Positions 1 through 12,624 of a DNA stretch of 64,000 bases are shown one piece after another. The position numbers were made by a program, and so were the translations under genes. The notes under the pieces were generated by a model. The model was not told the origin of the DNA and did no database searches. It saw only the letters and a list, made by a program, of their open reading frames with translations. Source of the stretch: Flaccisagitta enflata (taxonomy: Eukaryota); the NCBI GenBank assembly GCA_965153355.1, contig OZ231126.1, forward strand, positions 34,782,001 to 34,846,000. The letters run 5' to 3'. Numbering within the stretch: position 1 is the stretch's first letter; the number at the start of each line of letters is the position of its first letter.

Positions 1-770
1 TCAAACGGCGTTGTCAAACGGCGTTGTCAAACGGCGTTGTCAAACGGCGTTGTCAAACGGCGTTGTCAAACGGCGTTGTCAAACGGCGTTGTCAAACGGC
101 GTTGTAAAACGGCGTTGTCAAACGGCGTTGTCAAACGGCGTTGTCAAACGGCGTTGTCAAACGGCGTTGTCAAACGGCGTTGTCAAACGGCGTTGTCAAA
201 CGGCGTTGTCAAACGGCGTTGTCAAACGGCGTTGTAAAACGGCGTTGTAACACGGCGTTGTCAAACGGCGTTGTAATACGGCGTTGTCAAACGGCGTTGT
301 CAAACGGCGTTGTCAAACGGCGTTGTCAAACGGCGTCAAACGTGTCAAACGGCGCTGAACGGCGTTGTAACACGGCGTTGTAACACGGCGTTGTAACACG
401 CTGTAATGGCGTTGTAATACGGCGTTGTAAAACGGCGTTGTAAAACGGCGTTGTAAAACGGCGTTGTAAAACGGCGTTGTAAAACGGCGTTGTAAAACGG
501 CGTTGTAAAACGGCGTTGTAAAACGGCGTTGTAAAACGGCGTTGTAAAACGGCGTTGTCAAAGGGCGTTGTCAAAGGGCGTTGTCAAACGACATTATTAA
601 ACGACATTGTCAAACGACATTGTCAAACGACATTGTCAAACGACATTGTCAAACAACATTGTCAAACGACATTGTCAAACGACATTGTCAAACGACATTG
701 TCAAACAACATTATCAAACGACATTATCAAACGACATTATCAAACAACATTGTCAAATGACATTGTCGGT
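1..770. repeat. 13-bp satellite (TGTCAAACGGCGT)n with variant blocks
   Basis: Directly visible tandem array. Confidence 0.97.
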
Positions 771-795
771 TGAAAAATGCCGAAGTTATGCACAT

Positions 796-941
796 TTTTA
801 GTCACGGACACGCGACTCTACACCTTGGCGTGTCGGTCGGTAGGTTGGTACGTAACAAATATTTCTGAATTTCGAGCAGTTTTTGCATTACGGCCCCTGC
901 CCAACCGTCCACGACTGTCCTGCCGTGTATCCGGCCTTGTT
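796..941 (+). mobile_element. Short HINE (family C) nested in a family A repeat unit
   Basis: TTTTAGTCACGGACACGCGACT...GCCGTGTATCCGGCCTTGTT sits in the T-run of gcacattttt|cac. Neighbouring units show the empty site, and there is no TSD. Confidence 0.75.
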
Positions 942-2990
942 CACCTTAAGGCTGGTAGGCTAGTTGGGTGGAGGGTAGTTGGATGGTAGGCTGGTTTGGC
1001 CGGTTAGCATGCTAAAATCTATACAATTCAAATACATATGTTGATTCCTTCCATTAAGAGACTACATACCAAGTTTCAACCATATCCGTTGAAAAATACC
1101 GAAGTTATGCACGTTTTAAACTTTTAAGCTGGTAGGCTAGTTAGGTGGTAGGCTGGTTTGGCCGGTTAGCATGCTAAAACCTTTACAATTCAAATACATA
1201 TGTTGAGTTCTTTCATTTAGTGACTTCATACCGAGTTTCAACCAAATTGGCTGAATAATGACTAAGTTGTGCACGTTATTCGCTTTTAGGCTGGTAGGCT
1301 GGTAGGCTGGTTGGGTGGTAGGCCGGTTTGGCCGGTTAACATGCTAAAATCTGTACAGATCAAATACATATGTTGAGTCCTTCCATTTGGAGACTACATA
1401 CCAAGTTTCAACCAAATTGGTTGAAAAATGCCAGAGTTATGCACATTTTTCACTTTTAGGCTGGTAGGCTAGTTGGGTGGTAGGCTGGTTTGACCGGTTA
1501 GCGTGCTAAAATCTATACAATTCGAATACATATGTTGAGTCCTTCCATTTAGAGACTAGATACCAAGTTTCAACCAAATTGGTAGAAAAATGCCGAAGTT
1601 ATGCACATTTTTAACTTTTAGGCTGGTAGGCCAGTTGGCTGGTAGGCTGGTTTGGCCGGTTAGCATGCTAAAACCTTTACAATTCAAATACATATGTTGA
1701 GTTCTTTCGTTTAGAGACTACATACCGAGTTTCAACCAAATTGGTTGAAAAATGACGAAGTTGTGCACGTTTTTCGCTTTTAGGCTGGTAGGCTGGTTGG
1801 GTGGTAGGCCGGTTTGGCCGGTTAACATGCTAAAATCTGTACAGATCAAATACATATGTTGAGTCCTTCCATTTAGAGACTACATACCAAGTTTCAACCA
1901 AATTGGTTGAAAAATGCCGAAGTTATGCACGTTTTTCACTTTTAGGCTGGTAGGCTGGTTGGGCCGGTTGGGTGGGTCGGATCATGACATACGCATAGGA
2001 TGTAAAGCGGCTTACCCTAGTACAACTTCCCTCAAAATATGAAGCAAATCGGTCAAGGCGTTCAAAAGTTAGCCCATTTTTAGAAGTGTGGACAACGACG
2101 ACGACAACGACGACAGCAACGACAACGACGACACCCACCCGCCTCGAATTATAGTCCGCGTCGGAATGGTATTCCGTCGCGGACAAAAATCTTTCCTTTT
2201 TTGGCCTTAGTTTTACTAGAAGTTTCAAAAGCGCCTCATCAGCGGGAATTGCACTGAGGCAAGTTACCATTTGCCGCCCAAAACGTCCGTTGAATCAGCA
2301 TGGAATGTTTTAATGGAGGGGGGACGGGGATGCTGTGGATTTTAGCCATTTTTGTATTTTCTTTGTTAATATCATTATTATCGTCATGATAATCATCGTC
2401 GAAGTCGTGGCCATCATTATTATCGCCGTCGTTGTTGCCTTCACGGAAGAACTGACATCACCATCGTCATGGTCTTTGTAATCATCGTCGTTGTCGTCGC
2501 TGTCAATGTTATCATCGTTGTCGTTATCTTCACCATCAGCGCCACTACGATTTTAAGTCGCGTGCTACGCGACTCTACACCGCCCCTTTGCCGGTCCATC
2601 TGTCACACTTTACCTTTTTGTATTCATGCGGTCTCTTGCCTCACTACACCTGCACAAATGATGAAGTGACCTCAATTACGGCCCCTGCCCACGCGCACGC
2701 GACAGGGGTAGCCGTATATCCGGCCTTATCATCATCGTCGTCATAGTTTTCATCATCGTCAGCATCATCTTCGTCATTTGCTTCATTGTCCTCATCGTCA
2801 TTGCTATCATCATGGTTGTCGTTACCTGTCGACCCACCACTAAGCCTCAGCCCACCATCTAGTCTTGACCCAAGGTTTGGGTGGCGCCAGCGGGTTTTTG
2901 GTATTAGATCCCTTTTGATGTCCTATGGCCTTCACAACTCGCCCCCCCCCGCTCCACCCCGCTACAGCTGAAGGAAAGGTGTTTAACAAC

Positions 2991-3182
2991 CTGCAGAAGG
3001 TAGAAAGTTTGCTGGAACATGAGTAATAAGTAGCTCTCGAATTCTCTGGGAACACAGTTCTTTGTTAACAGTTCGTTGATACAGCACATCGCTGTCATGC
3101 CAATGGTTGGTGGCGTCGGGACCGCTTTCAAGGTTGACGAGGTAGTGGGCGTCGGTGAGCCATCCAACCCATATGAGACAAA
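2991..3182 (-). CDS. XPO6: Second copy of Exportin-6 exon 6
   Basis: Identical translation to 32554-32745, with intact splice sites. Confidence 0.8.
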
Positions 3183-3227
3183 CTGGAGGAAAAGAAGCGA
3201 TGGAGATTGGTGCGTGTGTGTGCGAGC

Positions 3228-3329
<102 letters not shown>

Positions 3330-3421
3330 AGAAATCCGATTATTTTCGCAGTGTCAAGACTCAAGAGTCGGTCAACGAGACATTACTAATTCTGATTCGA
3401 TATTTGTTCCTTCGCAAATTA

Positions 3422-4318
3422 CCGTATTTTTTCTAAAAAGCGCCCCCCCCCCTCTTTTTTTTTAGTGTTTCACTTTGCAGAAGAGATTTGACAGAAATAT
3501 TGAGTAAAATGATGAAATAATACAACACAATGAGCCATTTTCAGAGAATTTCTAACAGATATTTGCAATGAATATCTCCATTTTGAGTCAAATTTCGCAT
3601 TTTGGTAGCCTTTCATGAAAAAGATACAGTGGGGTTTGTGGAATAACAGCCTAAACTGGAGGAAGGTATTTATGTGTCTTAATTTCATTTTACAAACTTG
3701 ATATTTGAAATATAAGTTGTTCTCTGATGTTTTGATATGGAAACTAAAATTATTTTTTTGAACATTTATAACAACTAGAATATTGATAGTTTGACAAATA
3801 TTATCAGGCACATTGCTCAGAATTAAATTTGCTACAACTTTCCCACAGTATGTTCTGTAAGAATATTGCTCATTTAGCCGTTGCTAGGGAGCATCATTTA
3901 GCGGTTGCTAGGTGTGATGCCCCCTAGCAACGGCCAAACGAGCAATATTCTTACAGAACATACTGTGGGAAAGTTGTAGCAAATTTAATTTTGAGCAATG
4001 TTCCCTGACAATATTTCTCAAAATATTGATATTTTAGTGGTTATAGATGTTTAAAAAAATAATTTTGGTTTCCATAGCAACCAAAAAACTCAGGGACAAA
4101 AGCATCAAGTGAACAACTTATGTTTCAAATATCAAGTTTGTCAAATGAAATTAAGACTTTTAAATACCTTCCTCCAGTTTAGGCTGTTATTCCACGAACC
4201 CCACTGTAGACTGAATGAGAGTTCATCTACAATACAATGGGGGCGCTTATTAGAGGGTTAAAAATCAAAGTCATATTCCAATTTCAAAAGCGCCCGGGGC
4301 GCTTTAGAAAAAATACGG
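3422..4318. mobile_element. TA-flanked MITE hosting a 580-bp fold-back MITE (3627-4206)
   Basis: Outer TIR CCGTATTTTTTCTAAA..GCGCCCC. Inner TIR CAGTGGGGTTTGTGGAATAACAGCC, whose arms pair almost to the centre. Both are flanked by TA. Confidence 0.8.
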
Positions 4319-4483
4319 TATACCAAAATTGTAGGACATTTTAAAGACAAGCCCCAGCTTCAGATTCTAAGAAAAATTGGTTTCAGATTTCTATCATTTT
4401 TGTAAAAAATTGCCATAAAAATGTATCTTCAAAATAAAAAATAATGATAATTTATTTTTTCATACATTTAGTTAGTTAAAGTA

Positions 4484-5498
4484 CATTCCGAGCAAACCCC
4501 ACTAAAACTGGAGGATAATTTTTTGATACCTTAATTTCAATTTCTTAGTTTCATTTTAGGTATCAATGCTAATTAAAGGACGCTTAATTCCTTGAACATA
4601 TTTGGCAGCTAAAAAACATAGCTCATGAAATCAAAGTCCATGAAGACTTCATTTTAGAGTGTTTTAACCTTGACCATTAGCAGTCTATGGACAAAACGAG
4701 GAGAGTAGGTTTTGCTGATCACCGTTGTGATGCTTTGGCGTAGTTGATTTTAAAATGTAGGTTTGTAATTATCTCATAGAAATTTACTAAAGACTGAAAG
4801 AATTAACGGAAGAACGATTACTACCTGTAGCAATTGTTCAAAATATAGGTTTGTAATAACCTTGAAAAAAATAACTTAGGACTGAAAGAAACTAACGAAA
4901 GAATGATTACTACCTGTAATAATCGTTCTTGCAATAGTTTCTTTCAGTCCTCAGTCATTTTCGATGAGGTAATTACAAGCCTACATTTTGACTGATTAGA
5001 ACAGGTAGTAATTGTTCTTCCGTTAATTCTTTCAGTCCTTAGCATCATACCGGTGATCAGCAAAATCTACTCTCCTCGTTTTGTCCATAGACTTAGATTC
5101 AACAGAAAATCTTACCTTTTTTTTGAAAAAAAAATCAACTCAATCTGACAATTAGTACAGGTTTAATGGCCATTTTAAGTTTTTTAGGACAATTGTCCTA
5201 AAAAAACTTTGGATAATTGTCCTAAAAAACTTAAAATGACTGTAAAACTTGAACCAATAGAGCTGTTTTTTTTTAACATGAAGTAAAATTTTCTGCTGAA
5301 TCTAATGGTTTAGGTTACAACACTCTAAAATGAAGTCTTCATGGACTTTGATTACATGAGTTATGTTTTTTAACTGCCAAATATGTTCAAGGAATTAAGC
5401 GTCCTTTAATTAACGTAGATACCAAAAATGAGGCTAGGGAAATGAAATTAAGGTATCAAAAATTTATCCTCCAGTTTTAGTCGGGTTTGTTCGGAATG
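4484..5498. mobile_element. TA-flanked MITE with ~190-bp TIRs, hosting a 3-bp-TSD MITE (4681-5093)
   Basis: TIR CATTCCGAGCAAACCC..AAAACTGGAGGA. The inner element CAGTCTATGGACAAAACGAGG...GACT is flanked by TAG/TAG; another copy at 50529-50888 is flanked by TAA/TAA. Confidence 0.8.
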
Positions 5499-5851
5499 TA
5501 CTGTGTAATTAGATCTACAAAAAATATCAAGGACATGTTCAGAACATTTCAGCCTTAAAATTGCAAAAATTTAAAGATGTCCCAGCCTCAACATTTTTAT
5601 TGGTCCTTATAAACTGAAAAGAGTGTATATCATATAAACTGAAAAGAGTGTATATCATATAAGTTCATTCAATTCCCTACACATTTTCAATATCATAGGC
5701 GCAAAACTAATTAGCTTTGAAACAATGTGGTATCAGTGTAACAATTTGTGGACATACAGTAAATTCGTGTTTTCCCTCCGCGAATTCCCGGATGCGATTA
5801 AAACACCAATTACGGGTCAACACCAACGACCGCGATCAAGCTTACACGTAC

Positions 5852-6010
5852 CTGAAATACCGAAGACAACAGCGATGGGGTTATTGTAGAGGACAAGGGA
5901 ATCCAGGAAAAAAGTTGAGTAAGGCAAGTCAATGCTTGATTGCAAATAATCCTCGCCTCATCATCGAGTGGTGGAGCGTGCCAGCCCAGTTTATGCTTCG
6001 CCAACGGAGA
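5852..6010 (-). CDS. XPO6: Second copy of Exportin-6 exon 5
   Basis: Identical translation to 35352-35510, with intact splice sites. Confidence 0.8.
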
Positions 6011-6291
6011 CTGAAAGAATCAGTGTGAAGACACGGTAAGAAACGCCAAGAATCAATATCATGACAATGCAATACTCATTTATGTAATTTTTTTTCTGAG
6101 GCTCAGTGTTCTTATTTTTGCAGCGATTTGAAGCTAAAATTGTTCTTAAAATGTTCTTATTTCTCCAATTGCTAGTTTATACAGGAATGTTTTTTTAATA
6201 CTTGGTTACCTAACTCTGATTGCGAATTCAATGGATATGAGAACTAAAATCTTAATTATAAAAAAATCAAATTCCAATGTATGTGTTTGTA

Positions 6292-6673
6292 CAGACAGGA
6301 CCCTAATAAGAACTGAGGAGGGACCCAAAGTTTAGCAGCCCCCCCCCCCCACAGCTTATATCTAGTGGTGGTTGACACCTCAGGTGTATACAATTGGCGC
6401 CACTGTGGCGATTTTTGAATTGCCACTTAGAACACCCCTAAATTTTCAAAATTGATAAAAAAATAGTTTGATTTTTTGGGGCTACATTTAGTGATTTAAC
6501 TAAATTTAGGGGTGTTCTAAGTGGAAATTCAAAAATTGCCAAGGTGGCGCCAATTGTATCCATCAGAAGTGCCAACGACCTCTAGAAAAAAGAAAATTAC
6601 TTGAACCATGTAAACTTTAGGGGGGGCTGCTAAACTTTGGGTCCCTCCTCTGTTCTTATTAGGGTCCTGTCTG
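6292..6673. mobile_element. TA-flanked MITE (Tc1/mariner-type TSD)
   Basis: TIR CAGACAGGACCCTAATAAGAAC..GAGGAGGGACCCAAAGTTTAGCAGCCCC. Confidence 0.85.
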
Positions 6674-6916
6674 TAATGTGATTGTAATCAATCGTTACAA
6701 TTAATCAGTATCACTTCCATAATTCTTTTTAATTACTGCGGTTTTTATGCAAATAAAGTACAGTACGATGGGCCCTCTATATTCTCACTGTTTAAAGGAA
6801 GAACCTAAAGCTTTGGTTTTTCTGGAAGCTGATGGTCCAAGGTGTTGAGTGAACACAAAATTCCAAACCAAGTGATTCATAACAAAACCGCCAATTGATA
6901 TCTCTATATTGCATGT

Positions 6917-7017
6917 GGCGCGCTAGCTCTGTTGATAGAGTGATGAACTTGTAAAAGTACGATTTCTTTCTCATCAGTGACACAGGTTCAAATCCCCAGT
7001 GGAGCTGCACTTTTTTT
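6917..7017 (+). pseudogene. Degenerate tRNA-like unit (Thr-TGT-like), duplicated near 36446-36546
   Basis: TAGCTCTGTTGATAGAG A-box and D-arm (GCTC/GAGT), ATGAA-CT-TGT-AA loop, GGTTCAAATCC B-box (6985-6995) and a T7 run. The acceptor and T stems do not pair. Confidence 0.5.
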
Positions 7018-7551
7018 CTTTTTGGTCAACAGTTAGAGCTAGAGGAATAAAACTATATTCACTCAAAGCTCTTGCTCATCAGCTTTCAGAAAAACCATAA
7101 TTGAAGTTACTTCATTAGAATAGTGAAGCAGGAAATGACCCTCCATCTGAGGTTCTCATTGCTCCTATGGTACTGTATAAATACTCATTTATTCCCCCCT
7201 TTTTAAGACTGGCGATGTTCTTATAATTGTTCTTATTTTTTTCCACATCTGAGCCTCAATGTTCTTATAAACAAAGTTCTTGGTCAAAGAAATGAGTGTA
7301 GTCATTACGTGCAATTTAAGTCTTGATACATTTGTCCGATTCCTACAGACGGGACCCTAATAAGAGCGGAGGAGGGACCCATTTGTTACTTTCCCCCCCC
7401 CCCCCACAGCTCACATGGTTCATTCAATATCCTATCCTGCCGCGGCAGCTTACACCTTAAGTGGATACATTTGGCACCACTGAGAGGATTTTTCAATTTC
7501 CACCTTAAACCCCCTTTACGGGCCAATTTTACGTCAAAATATAAGAAAAAA

Positions 7552-9690
7552 AATCTTAAAAGAGTATGGGTCCGCGACTGGGGTCAGACGGCGTTGTCAA
7601 ACGGCGTTGTCAAATGGCGCTGTCAAATGGCGCTGTCAAATGGCGCTGTCAAATGGCGCTGTCAAACGGCGTTGTCAAACGGAGTTGTCAAACGGCGTTG
7701 TCATAGGGCGTTGTCATAGGGCGTTGTCATAGGGCGTTGTCATAGGGCGTTGTCATAGGGCGTTGTCATAGGGCGTTGTCATAGGGCGTTGTCATAGGGC
7801 GTTGTCATAGGGCGTTGTCATAGGGCGTTGTCATAGGGCGTTGTCATAGGGCGTTGTCAAACGGCGTTGTCAAACGGCGTTGTCAAACGGCGTTGTCAAA
7901 CGGCGTTGTCAAACGGCGTTGTCAAACGGCGTTGTCAAACGGCCTTGTCAAACGGCCTTGTCAAACGGCCTTGTCAAACGGCGTTGTCAAACGGCCTTGT
8001 CAAACGGCCTTGTCAAACGGCCTTGTCAAACGGCCTTGTCAAACGGCCTTGTCAAACGGCCTTGTCAAACGGCCTTGTCAAACGGCCTTGTCAAACGGCC
8101 TTGTCAAACGGCCTTGTCAAACGGCCTTGTCAAACGGCCTTGTCAAACGGCCTTGTCAAACGGCCTTGTCAAACGGCGTTGTCAAACGGCGTTGTCAAAC
8201 GGCGTTGTCAAACGGCGTTGTCAAACGGCGTTGTCAAACGGCGTTGTCAAACGGCGTTGTCAAACGGCGTTGTCAAACGGCGTGGTCAAACGGCGTTGTC
8301 AAACGGCGTTGTCAAACGGCGTTGTCAAACGGCGTTGTCAAACGGCGTTGTCAAACGGCGTTGTCAAACGTCAAACGGCGTTGTCAACGGCGTTGTCAAA
8401 CGGCGTTGTCAAACGGCGTTGTCAAACGGCGTTGTCAAACGGCGTTGTCAAACGGCGCGTCAAGCTGCGCTGCTGCCGCCGCGCGTTGTCAGCGCTTGTC
8501 AAGCGGCGTTGTCAAACGGCGTTGTCAAACGCGTCAAACGGCGTTGTCAAACGGCGTTGTCAAACGGCGTTGTCAAACGGCGTTGTCAAACGGCGTTGTC
8601 AAACGGCGTTGTCAAACGGCGTTGTCAAACGGCGTTGTCAAACGGCGTTGTCAAACGGCGTTGTCAAACGGCGTTGTCAAACGGCGTTGTCAAACGGCTT
8701 AGCCAGTTAGCATGCTATAATCTTTACAAATCAAATACATATGTTGAGTGCTTCCATTTAGAGACTACATACAAAGTCCTAACCAAATTGGTTGAAAAAT
8801 GCCAAAGTTATGCACATTTCTCACTTTTAGGCTGGTTGGGTGGTAGGCCGGTTTGGCCAGTTAGCATGCTAAAATCTTTACAATTCAAATACATATGTTG
8901 AGTTCTTCTATTTAGGGACTACATACCAAATTTTAACCAAATCGGTAGAAAAATGCCAAAGTTATGCATGTTGTTCACTTTTAGGCTGGTAGGCTAGTTT
9001 GGTGGTAGGCCGGTTTAGCCATTTAGCATGCTAAAATCTTTACAAATCAAATACATATGTTGAGTCCTTCCATTTAGAGACTACATACCAAGTTTTAACC
9101 AAATTGGTTGAAAAATGCCAAAGTTATGCACGTTTTTCACTTTTAGGCTGGTAGGCTGGTTGGGTGGTAGGCCGGTTTGGCCAGTTAGTATGCTAAAATC
9201 TTTACAAATCAAATACAAATGTTGAGTCCATCCATTTAGAGACTACATACCAAGTTTTAACCAAATTGGTTGAAAAATGCCAAAGTTATGCACGTTTTTC
9301 ACTTTTAGGCTGGTAGGCCGGTTTTGCCGGTTAGCATGCTAAAATCTTTACAATTCAAATACATATGTTGAGTTCTTCCATTTAAGGACTACATACCAAT
9401 TTTTAACCAAATCGGTTAAAAAATGCCAAAGTTATGTACGTTTTTCGCTTTTAGGCTAGTAGGCTGGTTGGGCCAGTTGGGTGGGTCGGATCATAACATA
9501 CGCATAGGCTGCATAGGCTGCAAAGCGGCTTACCCTAATACAACTTCCCTCCAAATATGAAGCAAATCGGTCAAGGCGTTCAAAAGTTAGCCCATTTTTA
9601 AGTGTGGACGACGACAACGACGATAACGACAACACCCACCCGCCTCGAATTATAGTCCGCGTCGGAATGGTATTCCGTCGCGGACAAAAA
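7552..9690 (-). mobile_element. HINE family A, complete copy
   Basis: Sub-terminal IR GTCCGCGAC (7570-7578) / GTCGCGGAC (9677-9685), hairpin 9655-9685, A-run flanks with no TSD, 13-bp satellite followed by ~160-bp repeats. Confidence 0.8.
7588..8698. repeat. 13-bp satellite array
   Basis: Blocks of TGTCAAATGGCGC, TGTCATAGGGCGT, TGTCAAACGGCCT and TGTCAAACGGCGT. Confidence 0.97.
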
Positions 9691-10055
9691 AATATTCAAT
9701 TTTTTGGGCTTTTGGGATGGTATGAAGGGGCTTAGGGTGGAAATTGAAAAATCGCCACGGTGGCGCTATTTCTATTCACCCAAGCTGTCAACCGCCGCTA
9801 CAATTGTGGAAACTAATTGAATCATGTGAGCTGTAAGGGGGGCCATGTAACACTTAGGGTCCCTCCTACGCTCTTATTAGGGTCCCGTCTGTAGAAGCTT
9901 GACCGAGCAGTGCATGCATAGACATGCCTAGACCTCCCTTCAGAGTTGAAAAGAGTTGAACTTGAAGACTGGATGGGCAAGCACACGCGGAGATCATGAG
10001 CCGCCGACAAGACAGTGAACTGACATGAGGGTCAGATTAATTTCCAAGTGTAATA

Positions 10056-11034
10056 CTACCCGAATTAAAAAAAACGCAAGTTTTTCTGTAGCTGATTTGT
10101 ACACCTTTGGTTCACTTGAGACATGATTTATAGGTGACCAAATTGAAGCGTTTTTCAAGGGCTTTCTTTTGAGCGCAATCACACATCTGTAGCTTTATTC
10201 CTTTAGAAGGTATACTCAAAAGAAGGTGCAGGGGTCCAAATTTCAAAATGCAGTCAGAGAGAAAAAAAAGGTTCTTTTGGGGTGAAGGTGATGAAATAAT
10301 TGCACCACCATGAGAATCAGGCATTGTTTAACCCATGCTGTCTGCTTATATAGTTTTTGTATTTGAGTTCAATGTTTGTAACAAAAAATGAAGCACCGAA
10401 TATGATTAATTACAATAAAACCATAAGAATCATCATGGCCTCTTAACTGAAAACCAAAGGCAAAAATTTCTAAAGTATACATCACTTTTGCATGGGAATT
10501 TCTCCGCATCAGCTTGATTCTGAAGGCTAACTCATGGATATGATGCATGGAAGCTCAAATAAACCAAAGCTGCTCACAAAATGCTGCTCAGAAGGAAGTC
10601 TTTATCACTTCTATAAAAAACTTTCGTTTTTTTTTTAATTTTTTAATTCGGGTAGTACAACGTGAAGATTACAAAAACCTTAAAAAAGGTTAGCACCCCT
10701 ACTTACAGCTAATGACAAAACTTACACAGGGTTGTGTGGGGTATCATTCTGTAGCTTATCACAGTACAATTTACGCCACCAAGGCGATTTTTTAATTTCG
10801 CCTCCGCTCTTGAGAAATCTTACCCCAAACATTGGTGCCGGACATCCTCTTGGAGGTAAAAAAATCCGCCGCTTAAAGTGAATATGTCTTGAACGGAGGT
10901 GAAATTCAAAATTCGCCTCGGTGGCGTAAATTGTATTGAGACAACCTATTGAATGATGCCATACACGACCATGTGGCTAAGGCGACATGAGCTGCAAGGG
11001 GAGATACTATACCTTTTCCGTTATCCTCACGTTG
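10056..11034. mobile_element. Two abutting TA-flanked MITEs (10056-10655 and 10658-11034) sharing one TA
   Basis: TIRs CTACCCGAATTAAAAAA and CAACGTGA.GAT. Confidence 0.7.
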
Positions 11035-11916
11035 TATTCAACGTGCGTGTGTAGATTGGCTAGTACTTAGGCAGTCTGAATTGCAATTGAAACGTGCTCA
11101 AGCTTACTAAAATGGCAAGTTAACAAACTATACGTTGACCAGACAGAACCGATTTTTTAAAGAACGTTAGGCTTCAAATCGTAAAAAAATTAAAGAACAT
11201 GCTGGGAACATTGGAAGGCTTCATTTCTTGAAAAATTTAAGAACATTAGGCTCAAAATTTTAAAAATCTGAAAACATCTTTTTTAAGGGCTCTTTTTAGT
11301 TGCGGACACGCAACTCTATAAGAGGCTTTGTCCGTCCGTCGGTCGGTCGGTCGGTCGGTTGGTTGGTCCGTCACGCTCGAGTTGAAAACGCGAGAAACTC
11401 GCATTTTACGATGCTGCAGCTGTCATTGAATGTGTGTGGGTGTATGTTAGTGTGTGGGAAGGGGGTTTGGGCGAGGCTGGGGGTTGGCTGCCCCTGCCCA
11501 CCCGTCCGCAACGATATTGTGACCCCCGCGTCACTTGTTTTAATGATTGTTCTTTGTAAATACATAAACTCTATCTTTTATATTCAGCAAATCATGTCTC
11601 ACTTTATATTAAATGTATCTTTCTACTTTTATTGTAGAATCTTTTTTCAGGCGGTCCCGGTGTATTTTATGCCATTTACATTCGAATTTTACGCTATATT
11701 TTCCATCCAAGGCTCAATTCACTTTAAACGTTTGAACCTGCTGCTTTGTTGTTTTATTGACATTTTCCTTTCTTTTCTCCTTAATGACAAATTTAAATTA
11801 ATTAATAAAATTTTCTACTGAAAGTTGAAAAATGCATTTTTATCAAGAACAATTTAAGAACGTTGAAGCCTTGAAACTGCTAAAAATTTAAGATTAATGA
11901 AGGTTTGCCCAAAAAA

Positions 11917-12624
11917 CAGAGGGGCGAACGTAAAAATTTTTTTAACATGTTTTTAACGGTTTTTAACATTTTTTTAACAGATTTTAACAGATTTCAACAA
12001 GTCAAAATTTAAAGAGGTGCCCGTTAAAACGTTTTTAACACATACCATGTGCAGTTAATAACTCCTTTCTGTTAAAAACTGTCTTGTAAAGTTATTAAAA
12101 AGTCCTGTTTAACTCTTTAAAATATCTAACAGGATGTTAAAAAGGTTTTTAACACACTTTTTAACAAAATGTTAAAAACCTTTTTAACTGGGTGTTAAAA
12201 CCCATTTTAACTGGGTGTTAAAAACCTTTTTAACAAGTTAAAAACCTTTTTAACATGTTGTTAAAACACTTTTTAACATGCTGTTAAAAACCTTCTTAAC
12301 AAGCTGTTAAAAACCTATTTAACAGGTTGGTAAAACACTTTTTAACACGCTGTTAAAAACCTGTTTAACAAGCTGTTAAAAACCTTTTTAACAAACTATT
12401 AAAAACCTTTTTAACATGACTTGAATAAAAAAGTTTTTAACCTCTCAAAAAGCCGTTAAAAACCTGTTTAACTACCATTTTTTACAGGGACCCTAACTTT
12501 TTAACAGTTTTTAACAAGTCCCTGAAATAAAAGAGGGTCCCCGCTGTTAAAAACTGTTAAATTGTCAAAAAATGTTAAAAACTGTTAAAAACCCATTAAA
12601 AAATTTTTAACGTTCGCCCCTCTG
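11917..12624. mobile_element. TIR element with internal ~22-bp TTTTTAACA/TGTTAAAAA repeats
   Basis: TIR CAGAGGGGCGAACG flanked by AAAAAA on both sides. A duplicate lies near 41505-42213. Confidence 0.8.

Larger units (their letters stand above)
1..2189 (-). mobile_element. Helentron/DINE-1-like non-autonomous element (HINE), family A, truncated by the window start
   Basis: Terminal hairpin GTCCGCG-TCGGAAT-ggt-ATTCCGT-CGCGGAC (2154-2184) next to an A-run, an (ACG/ACA)n microsatellite, about seven ~162-bp tandem units and a 13-bp satellite. Absent from the paralogous site at 31728-31733. Confidence 0.75.
7346..9891. mobile_element. TA-flanked MITE split by a family A HINE
   Basis: TIR CAGACGGGACCCTAATAAGAGCG at both ends with TA flanks. 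Related to 6292-6673. Confidence 0.82.

Noticed and set aside
945-1965. Regularly spaced repeats that could suggest a CRISPR array, also at 13130-13285
   Set aside because: Whole units repeat with no unique spacers. The context is a eukaryotic intron and there are no cas genes.
5717-6028. 103-aa plus-strand ORF conserved in both duplicate copies
   Set aside because: An antisense shadow of XPO6 exon 5. Its conservation follows from the duplication.
7854-8901. 276-344-aa ORFs (SNGVVKRRCQTAL repeats), also at 11-574 and 37137-38275
   Set aside because: A 13-bp satellite read in every frame.
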